Virus record (IMG/VR): IMGVR_UViG_3300043399_000272
Location: 62,001-126,000 of that record
Direction: 5' to 3' (one strand)
Length of the DNA stretch: 64,000 nt
The translations under genes were made by a program, and so were the position numbers. The notes under the pieces are model-generated. The model ran no database searches. It saw only the letters and a list, made by a program, of their open reading frames with translations, and had not been told where the DNA came from. Position 1 is the first letter of the stretch. Each line of letters opens with the position of its first letter. Of this stretch, positions 55,559-64,000 are shown piece after piece.

Positions 55559-58500
55559 ATGGTAACAAGAGTTCGAACAATTGATTTTCTTCCAGAAGTT
55601 TTTAAGACAAAATCAAACAGTCAATTTTTAAAGGGGTCGCTAGATCAACTAGTTCAGCAGCCTGACTTTAAAAGAATTCAAGGATACATAGGCAGTAAAT
55701 TCGGTTATGGAATTAATGCACGTGACAAATATCTAGTTGAACCTACGAAAGTGCGTTCAGATTATCAACTAGAACCTGCAGTAATATTTAAAAAGACCAA
55801 TACAAATACTGCTGTAGATTTACTAACTTATCCTGGATTGACAGATACTCTAACATTGCAGGGTTCAAATGTAACAAATGATTCAGAATTGTTTAATAAT
55901 GAATTTTATTCTTGGGATAGTTTTGTAAATCTAGATACATTGGTTAACTACGCACAGTATTATTGGTTACCAAACGGACCTGATGCAGTTCAAGTTACTA
56001 ATACTAGTTTCTTTGATAGATTAAGTCTTATAGTGACGCAAGGTTCTGCGGGATATGTAATTACTAGTCCTACGACAGTAATTGAAGGTGTCAACCCTAC
56101 TCTTACTTTAATTAGAGGTGGCACATATACATTTGCAGTTAATCAAACTGATGATTTTTGGATTCAATCAGAACCCGGCACGTCTGGCAAAAACATAACA
56201 CGATCTAATTTTAGTACAAGAGAAGTTTTAGGAGTTGAAAACAATGGCATCTCTGAAGGAACAATTACTTTTACAGTTCCAATGTCAACAGCTCAAGATA
56301 CTTGGTTGTTCCCTAATTCAATTGATATCGACTTAGCAACTACTTTAAAATGGGAAGAATTACAGGGCCTTCCTATAACCAGTAATACAAAAATCGACGG
56401 GTTAGCAGTTCAATCACTAATCGGTAAAACTGTTATATTTTACGGCACAACACCTGGTACATTAGGTGCATATAATGATTTCTACGGTGATAGTTATGAT
56501 GATGACGATTACTCAGAAACAACTTACACCGATATTACAAAACATTATTATACTATCACTGCTGCAGGTAACGTTGATTCACCTGTACTGAACCTAACAG
56601 AAACAGGTTTAATACCAGACAACACTTCTTTAAATATATTGTATGGCACAGAATACAGTGGTAGACAGTTTGTAAAAAACTCATATGCAGAAATAGTTTT
56701 AATACCTTACTTAACTGCACCATTAGATGTATTGTGGTATCAAAGTAGTAATAATCCTAACCTAGTAGGTAGAATTGAATTAGTTGATCCTATAACATTG
56801 CCTATTATTAATATCTTAGACATTTTAGGTAAAAAAACATACGTTAGCCCTAATAATGTAACATTTACTAATGGGCTAAAAGTCACATTTGTCGGTAACA
56901 TTGTTCCCGTAGAATATGCAACAGGTAGCTATTATGTTGAGGGAGTGGGATCTGCTATTGAGTTAATACCTACTGAATTCTTCGATAATCCTCCTATTAC
57001 AGAAGCTACAACACCGGACTACATCACTATTGCACGAAATAGTTTTGATAAAAATGAATGGTCACGTAGCAATCGTTGGTTCCATATCGATGTATTGAAT
57101 GCAACAATTGCATATAATGTTACTAGTCCTATTGCTTTAGAGGCTTTGGGTAATGTAAACAATCGTGCCAAGAGACCTATAATTGAATTTTATCCAAATT
57201 TAAAACTTTACAATTCTGGAACACTAAATCGTGAAAACGTGAAGTACATTAATTTTACTGTAACTGATGCATTTACGCAAGTAGCAGGAACTACAAGTTT
57301 TTATCCTGACGGTAGCACTGCACTAGTCAGTGGAGACACTATTATTTTTGCAGGTGACAATTCTGTTGATGTAAGAAATAAAATTTATGTAGCGCAAGTA
57401 TCAACAGTATCACCATCTACTCCTCCAGTGATCACCTTGAGTGAGTCACCTAACGGACAAGTTCAATTCGATCAACAAGTAACTGTTACGTCTGGTACAA
57501 CATACAAACAAAAATCATTTTATTTTGATGGGTTGAATTGGAAGCAAAGTCAAACAAAAGAAAGAAAAAATCAACCGCCTTTGTTTGATGTTTTCGACAA
57601 AAACAATAACAGTTTTGGAGATACTGAGTATTATCCTAGTACAACATTCAATGGATGTACACTGTTTGAGTATGCAACGGGATCAGGTGCAGATGATGCC
57701 GTTTTGGGATTCCCTATTAAGTACACATCAGGCAATCAGTTTGGTGACATTGTTTTCAATGCGTCACTCAATACACAAACTTTTGAATATTTAGATAACT
57801 TTACTGATACTACTTTAAATGTTGGTTCTGGTTTTGTTTTCAAATATGAAACTAGAGATAAGTTCACACGCAACATCGGATGGCAAACAACAGTTGATGA
57901 AAGTTTTCAATATCAAGTTTTCAACAAAGTTTCTACAGAGATTTCTAACTCACGATTTATTTGTGATGTTAAAGTAAATGATCCACAATCTACTGCTTGG
58001 CCAACTATTGTAGTTTATGCAAATAATTCTAGATTAGATTCATCTAAGTATACCGTTTCTACATCTACTAATAGTACAACTATAACTCTCGTGGATGACA
58101 TTGTTCTTGGATCACCTGTTGATATTTTAATTTATAGTGATCAAGTAAGCTCTGAGGGTTATTACCAAGTACCGTTTAACCTAGATCGCAACCCATTCAA
58201 TGGTGAAATCGAACAAATTCCTTTAGGTGACATTCGTGGTCATTACAAGAGTATTTTAAACAATGCTCCTGGTGTAACTGGTATAGCGTTTGGAGCCAAC
58301 AATTATAGAGATTTAGGTAATCTAATTCCTTATGGTACAAAAATAATTCAAAATAGTGCAAGCATCGTAAGTTCTGGTATGTTCTTACGAAACATATACA
58401 ATTTCTTTGATAGCTTGGCTTATAATTCTGTTCAATATACACAGTTTAAAACATTATTAGTAGACTTAGTTGTCACCAATGATTATACAAGTATGGATAG

Positions 58501-61500
58501 TACAGAGTTTGTACTAGACGACATTTTAGAAAAAGTAGCTAGTGTCAAATCAGATACAAATCCGTTTTTCTGGAGTGACATGATTCCTAATAAGGATTCA
58601 TTCTCTACAAAAAGTTACGTATTCAAATCATCAATTGATAATAGTAGATTTACACTTTCTCGTGTATATGATTTTACATCAGCAAACTACTACGGAGTGT
58701 TAGTTTACTTAACCCGCCGCGTGAATGGCCTCATGCAGCAGACACAGTTATTGAAGGATATAGATTATACTATTTCATCTACTGAAAATATTCTTACAGT
58801 CACAAAAGATTTACAATCCGGTGATTTAATTACGATTAAAGAATATGATCAAACGTATGGAAGCTATGTTCCAAATACCCCAACTAAATTAGGTTTATAT
58901 CCCAAGTATATTCCTGAAGTGATCTATGATGATTCTTATAGATATCCTACATACTTCATTCAAGGACACGATGGCTCCTTTAATAAATTATACGGTACTT
59001 ATGAAAATGGAGTACTAAATGATTTACGTGATCGTGTTTTGTTAGAGTTTGAGAAACGAGTATTCAACAACTTGAAAACTAGTAATGCGATTCCTTTAAC
59101 TTATGACGAAATCGTTCCTGGTCAATTTAGAAACGTTGGGTACACATTAGAGGAATACAACACAATGTATTCTAGTATGTTCTTAAATTGGGCTGGCGCT
59201 AACCGTATCGATTATCAAGAACATGACTATCAATCTACTAATCCATATACATTTAACTACAGGGGAGCTTCCTACAAATTCAACTCCAAAAAAATAGCTC
59301 AAGGTAGCTGGAGAGGAATATACTTGTGGCTATATGACACTATATATCCAGACACAAAACCATGGGAAATGTTAGGGTTCACTATTAAACCAGAATGGTG
59401 GGATACAAGATATGGTGTTGCTCCTTATACTAGTGGTAACACGTTCATGTGGCAAGACATTGAGAATGGATACGTTTGGAACAACGGTAACCCTTATATT
59501 AACACTCAAAGAACAAGACCGGGTTTATTGTCGATATTGCCAGTAGATAGTAACGGAGATTTAAAGTCACCGTTCGATTTTCTAATAGGAAGTTATGATG
59601 CTGATAACTTCGGTAATCCATGGATTTTGGGCGATGACGGTCCAGCCGAATACAGTTATTTAAAGAGTAGTACATGGCCATTTGATTTGATGCGCCTTGC
59701 TGCTTTAACTAATCCAGCTAAGTTTTTTGCTTTGGGAATCGATGTAGACAAATACAAATATGACAGTGAGTTCGGACAATATTTGTTTAATGGTCGATAC
59801 AGAGATTACTTGTCACTAACATCTATCTACGGTAACGGTGTCGCTGCACATAGTTACATGAATTGGTTCATTGATTACGTAAATCAGTATGAAGTAAATG
59901 GCACTGACTATGTTACTAATTTAATTGGAAACTTAGATGTTAGATTAACATATCGTCTAGCTGGATTTAGTGATAAAGATTTATTAGATTTCTTTGTTGA
60001 GAAGGGAAGTACATTAAGTAGCAATAATTCTCTATTGATTCCAGAAGATAATTACTCGATACTATTGTATGATAACCAGCCTACCGATACTATCATTTAT
60101 AGTTCTATAATAGTTCAAAAAACAACTAATGGCTATCGTGTATACGGCAACAGCCAAACAAAAACTTACTTCAAATCCTTTATTCCAAGCAGTAACGGGA
60201 TGACAACTGAGTTTACAGTAAACAATAATACAATTTATGTACCTAAGAATTACGTTGATAAAAGTGTTATTATTCCTTATGGTCACGAATTCAGTAATGT
60301 TACTGAGTTAGCTACTTTTATTAGAGGGTATGGTTTATACTTAGCGTCACAAGGACTTAAATTCACTGATATTGAAAACGGTATAGAATTATCATGGGAT
60401 CAAATGATCTATGAAACGTATTATTGGACATTAACAGGATGGGAAGTAGGAAGTACAATAAATGTCAACCCATCAGCTAGAAATATTATTATTGACAAAG
60501 AAAGTCACGTTGTTCAACCATTAACGATTGCAAAAGACAATTTTGTACTAAATCAAAACTTGTTACCAATCAACTTAAATGATCTTTATGTTTATCGTGA
60601 CGGTACTTACTTCAACGTTAAATCGTTGAATCAAGGTGATAGTCTATCATTTATCACTGCAAACACTAGTACCATTGAACACGTTGTCGTATTTGACAAT
60701 GAAACTATTTTCAATGACGTAATTTATAACCTTACCACCGGTCTAAGACAACAGCGTATGTATGTTAAAGGATCTAAAACCGCTGAATGGAATGGTACAG
60801 TTAATGCTGCAGGTTTTATCATTAACCAAGATAACATCCAAGAATGGCAACAAAATACAAAATACACTAAAGGTACTATTGTTAAATTCAAGAATGATTA
60901 CTATATCGCTAACGAAGTGGTAATTATCCCTAGTCCTACTTTTGATTATACTAAGTGGTTAAAAACTTCTTACGACATGATTCAAAAGGGCTTATTGCCT
61001 AATCCAAGTACACGTGCATATGAAAGCACATTGTACTATGACACAACTAACCCCAATTTAGAATCAGATGCTGATTTATTAGCATTTTCTTTGATTGGTT
61101 TTAGACCTAGACAATATTTTGCTCAAGCTAACCTAGACGATGCAACACAGGTAAACTTGTACAAGAATATGATTGAGGTTAAAGGAACTGTTAGCGGAGT
61201 AACGCAGCTTGAAGGAATTAATCTACAAGAAAATACATTAAATTATGATGTACACGAAAACTGGGCTATTAAAGTTACTGAGTTTGGCGGTATATTGAAT
61301 CAAAACTTCATAGAAATCACACTTGATGAAACTGCATTAACTGGCAACCCTAGTATTGCTTCTATAGTTGATAGAAATACAGTAGAAGGAACACAACAAG
61401 CTATACCATTATATAATATCAAAAATTATGGCAGACCAGTAACATCAGTAGATATCCTTCCTACTATCCCACAAGGACGTAATACTAGATTACCCTCAGC

Positions 61501-64000
61501 AGGTTATGTGAACCTAAACGATATTACTCAATATGGATACAATGTAAGTAATTTACCAGATGCATTAATTAACGAAGTATATAGAAATGATTACTTGTAT
61601 GTTGCCGACAAAGGCAGTACCTGGCAAGTCTATACTCCGGTATCAACTAACGCACAAGTAATCAGTGTAGTTAATAATTTGAATGGCACTGTTACTGTTG
61701 AGTTTGATAAAAACCATAACTTATACAAAAATCAAGTTATGGGTATACTAGGATTCGATAGTCGAATTGATGGATATCATACTGTTATAGATGTAATTGG
61801 TTTACAGTCATTGACTGTTTCATTGACACTTGATCCGGGCGTTACTGTTATAAACGGTGCAGGTATAAGTTTCTTGTTACAAAGTCAGAGAGTTGTTACA
61901 GCTAGAGATATTCCTAGTCTACCGCTTTTAAATTCAGAGTATTCTACAAATAAAGTATGGGTAGATAGTAACGTTGACGGTAATTGGACAGTTTATGAAA
62001 AAACTAACAATTACGCAAATGTGCCATTTGCTAAATCAGGAGGAATGATAACAGAAACATTTGGAACAAGTGTTGCGTATATTCCTGACTTTGGATATCT
62101 AGTAGGTGATAGTGCTGCTGGAAAAGTTTATGTGTTTGTACAGGCTGATAACGGAAGTTTCTTCTTAAAAGATACTATGTCATATCCTGGTACTACATTT
62201 GGCACAGTAATTGCATACAGTGAACAATTGGTTGTAATTACTGCACCGGGTCCAGCCCTAGGGATCAGTCAAATTTATATTTACAGAATACCAACTACCA
62301 ACAGTATCAATGGTTTGACACTACAACAAGTAATTACATTTGGTGGCACTATAGGTAAGAGTGTAACTATCTCACAAGATAGTAACTTATTGTATTTAGG
62401 AAGTGAAGATAACAACCTAGTTGTAATATTCCAATTAGATCGTGTTCCAACTCACACTGGTTCAGGACTTAGTTTAGCGGCGGCTACTCAGGTCAGAAGC
62501 AAACAGTTTATATGTTCCGGTAATGTAGGTAACTTAATAACTGAAGGACAGCGTGTAAGTTTCTCAACAGCTTATACTAATTTAGGAGTAACAACTTATT
62601 ACCCTATAACTGAATTCATGAATGAATTTAAAGTCTTGGGTAACCAAACAGGATTATTATCCTATGGTGATCAAGTGACGTTTAATACATCTGGAACCGG
62701 TAGCACAATTGCATACACAATTGGTTCTTTCTATGTTGATGAAGGTCTAACATTAAATATCACCGGCGCTGCAGGCAATGGCACCTTTGCTGCGGTATCT
62801 TATGCAGCACAAGCAGTTGCACCTTTCCAAATAGGAGAGAAAATTATAATCTCCGGTATGACACCGGCAGCGTACAATGGAACTCATACCGTAGTAGCTT
62901 GTACTACAACTCAAGTCACCTTTGCATCAACTGCGACTGGACCAATGACAGTTGCAGGCACGGTGTCAGCACCTACAATAACTGTATTCAGTACTATAGA
63001 AAACTTTGCTACAGGAACTAATATTAATGTAGGTAACCCAATTTACAAGATTACTTTTAGCCAAGATGATGTGCATACTGTTGTAACGAGCACCTATAAT
63101 TCGTCTACAAATAAAACTACTTTCTTGTTGCAAGATGAAATTAGTTATTCTACTCCATCTGGATCTAATATCTTTATAGTGTCAGATGCATTTAGTATTG
63201 GTGGTATACTATCATCAGTATTAGCCGCAGAAGACGACAAGTATGGTTTTAGCCTAACTACCAATTACGATGGTAGTAAATTGTTTGTTGGAGCACCGTA
63301 CACTGATTTTAGCGAAAGTCTAACAGATACAGGTGTCGTGTTCGCATATGACAGATTGATCATAAATGTAGAAGTACAGTATGATCAAAAAGAAGGTCAA
63401 CCATTCGTTATTCGTCCTCCATTCACACCTACAGACCAAACTAGAGTACTGTTAAACGGTGTATTGTTACAGAGTAATCAATATATTGTTATATTTGGTG
63501 TAATATTTATTGATGATATTGGAATGGTTGCAGGAGATATCTTAACAGTTAACAGCATTAATTTTGTGCTAACATCACAATTGTTCAGCCAAGACAATTT
63601 AAGTGATTTGCGTCAAGGTGAGTTGTTCGGGTACAGTCTTTCTTCTAACAAGTATGGTAGTGAGTTATTAGTGGGTGTACCGTTCGATGTGTCGAATAAT
63701 ACACAAAAAGAGGGTTCTGTAATACGTTTTACAAATGCAGGAAAGCGTTTTGGAAGAATACAAGGTGTAATAGAATGCAACCTATATGAACCGACTTACT
63801 TATTACTAAACGGTCAGATTGTTAATGCATTCTCTGAAACACCATTGCTAGCTACTATAAGTACAGGTGCAACAACATGTACTATTAGTGCATTAGCAGC
63901 CTCATACTTACCTAACTCAGGTGTTATCTCGTTTACGAATACGTTAACTGGTAGCATACAGTCAATTGCTTATACTAGTGTAAACGCTACAACAGGTGTA
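55559..64000 (+). CDS. giant virion structural protein, at least 2,814 aa, truncated by the window end (absent from the ORF track)
   Basis: ATG 55559 (MVTRVRTIDFLPEVFKT...); same frame is open wherever checked (60002, 62042, 63242, 63602, 63962); FG-GAP-like repeats near 62050-62420 and 63230-63720. Confidence 0.85.
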   Translation, partial: MVTRVRTIDFLPEVFKTKSNSQFLKGSLDQLVQQPDFKRIQGYIGSKFGYGINARDKYLVEPTKVRSDYQLEPAVIFKKTNTNTAVDLLTYPGLTDTLTLQGSNVTNDSELFNNEFYSWDSFVNLDTLVNYAQYYWLPNGPDAVQVTNTSFFDRLSLIVTQGSAGYVITSPTTVIEGVNPTLTLIRGGTYTFAVNQTDDFWIQSEPGTSGKNITRSNFSTREVLGVENNGISEGTITFTVPMSTAQDTWLFPNSIDIDLATTLKWEELQGLPITSNTKIDGLAVQSLIGKTVIFYGTTPGTLGAYNDFYGDSYDDDDYSETTYTDITKHYYTITAAGNVDSPVLNLTETGLIPDNTSLNILYGTEYSGRQFVKNSYAEIVLIPYLTAPLDVLWYQSSNNPNLVGRIELVDPITLPIINILDILGKKTYVSPNNVTFTNGLKVTFVGNIVPVEYATGSYYVEGVGSAIELIPTEFFDNPPITEATTPDYITIARNSFDKNEWSRSNRWFHIDVLNATIAYNVTSPIALEALGNVNNRAKRPIIEFYPNLKLYNSGTLNRENVKYINFTVTDAFTQVAGTTSFYPDGSTALVSGDTIIFAGDNSVDVRNKIYVAQVSTVSPSTPPVITLSESPNGQVQFDQQVTVTSGTTYKQKSFYFDGLNWKQSQTKERKNQPPLFDVFDKNNNSFGDTEYYPSTTFNGCTLFEYATGSGADDAVLGFPIKYTSGNQFGDIVFNASLNTQTFEYLDNFTDTTLNVGSGFVFKYETRDKFTRNIGWQTTVDESFQYQVFNKVSTEISNSRFICDVKVNDPQSTAWPTIVVYANNSRLDSSKYTVSTSTNSTTITLVDDIVLGSPVDILIYSDQVSSEGYYQVPFNLDRNPFNGEIEQIPLGDIRGHYKSILNNAPGVTGIAFGANNYRDLGNLIPYGTKIIQNSASIVSSGMFLRNIYNFFDSLAYNSVQYTQFKTLLVDLVVTNDYTSMDSTEFVLDDILEKVASVKSDTNPFFWSDMIPNKDSFSTKSYVFKSSIDNSRFTLSRVYDFTSANYYGVLVYLTRRVNGLMQQTQLLKDIDYTISSTENILTVTKDLQSGDLITIKEYDQTYGSYVPNTPTKLGLYPKYIPEVIYDDSYRYPTYFIQGHDGSFNKLYGTYENGVLNDLRDRVLLEFEKRVFNNLKTSNAIPLTYDEIVPGQFRNVGYTLEEYNTMYSSMFLNWAGANRIDYQEHDYQSTNPYTFNYRGASYKFNSKKIAQGSWRGIYLWLYDTIYPDTKPWEMLGFTIKPEWWDTRYGVAPYTSGNTFMWQDIENGYVWNNGNPYINTQRTRPGLLSILPVDSNGDLKSPFDFLIGSYDADNFGNPWILGDDGPAEYSYLKSSTWPFDLMRLAALTNPAKFFALGIDVDKYKYDSEFGQYLFNGRYRDYLSLTSIYGNGVAAHSYMNWFIDYVNQYEVNGTDYVTNLIGNLDVRLTYRLAGFSDKDLLDFFVEKGSTLSSNNSLLIPEDNYSILLYDNQPTDTIIYSSIIVQKTTNGYRVYGNSQTKTYFKSFIPSSNGMTTEFTVNNNTIYVPKNYVDKSVIIPYGHEFSNVTELATFIRGYGLYLASQGLKFTDIENGIELSWDQMIYETYYWTLTGWEVGSTINVNPSARNIIIDKESHVVQPLTIAKDNFVLNQNLLPINLNDLYVYRDGTYFNVKSLNQGDSLSFITANTSTIEHVVVFDNETIFNDVIYNLTTGLRQQRMYVKGSKTAEWNGTVNAAGFIINQDNIQEWQQNTKYTKGTIVKFKNDYYIANEVVIIPSPTFDYTKWLKTSYDMIQKGLLPNPSTRAYESTLYYDTTNPNLESDADLLAFSLIGFRPRQYFAQANLDDATQVNLYKNMIEVKGTVSGVTQLEGINLQENTLNYDVHENWAIKVTEFGGILNQNFIEITLDETALTGNPSIASIVDRNTVEGTQQAIPLYNIKNYGRPVTSVDILPTIPQGRNTRLPSAGYVNLNDITQYGYNVSNLPDALINEVYRNDYLYVADKGSTWQVYTPVSTNAQVISVVNNLNGTVTVEFDKNHNLYKNQVMGILGFDSRIDGYHTVIDVIGLQSLTVSLTLDPGVTVINGAGISFLLQSQRVVTARDIPSLPLLNSEYSTNKVWVDSNVDGNWTVYEKTNNYANVPFAKSGGMITETFGTSVAYIPDFGYLVGDSAAGKVYVFVQADNGSFFLKDTMSYPGTTFGTVIAYSEQLVVITAPGPALGISQIYIYRIPTTNSINGLTLQQVITFGGTIGKSVTISQDSNLLYLGSEDNNLVVIFQLDRVPTHTGSGLSLAAATQVRSKQFICSGNVGNLITEGQRVSFSTAYTNLGVTTYYPITEFMNEFKVLGNQTGLLSYGDQVTFNTSGTGSTIAYTIGSFYVDEGLTLNITGAAGNGTFAAVSYAAQAVAPFQIGEKIIISGMTPAAYNGTHTVVACTTTQVTFASTATGPMTVAGTVSAPTITVFSTIENFATGTNINVGNPIYKITFSQDDVHTVVTSTYNSSTNKTTFLLQDEISYSTPSGSNIFIVSDAFSIGGILSSVLAAEDDKYGFSLTTNYDGSKLFVGAPYTDFSESLTDTGVVFAYDRLIINVEVQYDQKEGQPFVIRPPFTPTDQTRVLLNGVLLQSNQYIVIFGVIFIDDIGMVAGDILTVNSINFVLTSQLFSQDNLSDLRQGELFGYSLSSNKYGSELLVGVPFDVSNNTQKEGSVIRFTNAGKRFGRIQGVIECNLYEPTYLLLNGQIVNAFSETPLLATISTGATTCTISALAASYLPNSGVISFTNTLTGSIQSIAYTSVNATTGV

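Noticed and set aside
57585-60286. Small track ORFs at 57585, 58197, 59499 and 60062
   Set aside because: They lie inside the giant ORF that starts at 55559, in other frames or on the opposite strand
1-64000. tRNA, rRNA, tmRNA, integrase or transposase genes
   Set aside because: No cloverleaf or T-loop signatures in the intergenic regions inspected, and no recombinase or transposase motifs in any ORF

Overview
This window is a fragment of a large, AT-rich, T4-superfamily-like myophage genome read in the standard genetic code. Its Fe-S, RNR and ICL genes look proteobacterial, possibly betaproteobacterial, by inspection only. Layout: (1) 1-8497 (+): an accessory island with two 2OG-Fe(II) oxygenases, a frameshift-split six-repeat propeller protein, three glycosyltransferase-like genes, a methyltransferase domain, a sulfotransferase, an APS-kinase/HxGH-nucleotidyltransferase fusion and DUF2061. 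(2) 8500-14755 (-): a class Ia ribonucleotide reductase operon in which nrdA and nrdB are separated by erpA, iscU, iscA, isocitrate lyase and a 12-Cys secreted protein. (3) 15038-28497 (-): eight tandem fibre-like genes built from shared repeat modules. (4) 28618-37380 (-): the head module (gp23, scaffold, gp21, gp20 portal) and a tape-measure-like protein with an M15 peptidase domain. (5) 37412-39334 (+): two gp26-like paralogues, one long and one short. (6) about 39350-39880: a GC-enriched non-coding region rich in hairpins, a candidate large structured RNA. (7) 39887-44968 (-): resolvase-like nuclease, HAD nucleotidase, gp46, gp47 and gp55. (8) 45084-64000 (+): baseplate genes and a giant virion gene of at least 2,814 codons that runs off the window and is missing from the ORF track. 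Best leads: the RNR/Fe-S/glyoxylate operon, the candidate structured RNA, and the long/short gp26 paralogue pair, which may replace a programmed frameshift. All family assignments come from motif recognition, not database searches.
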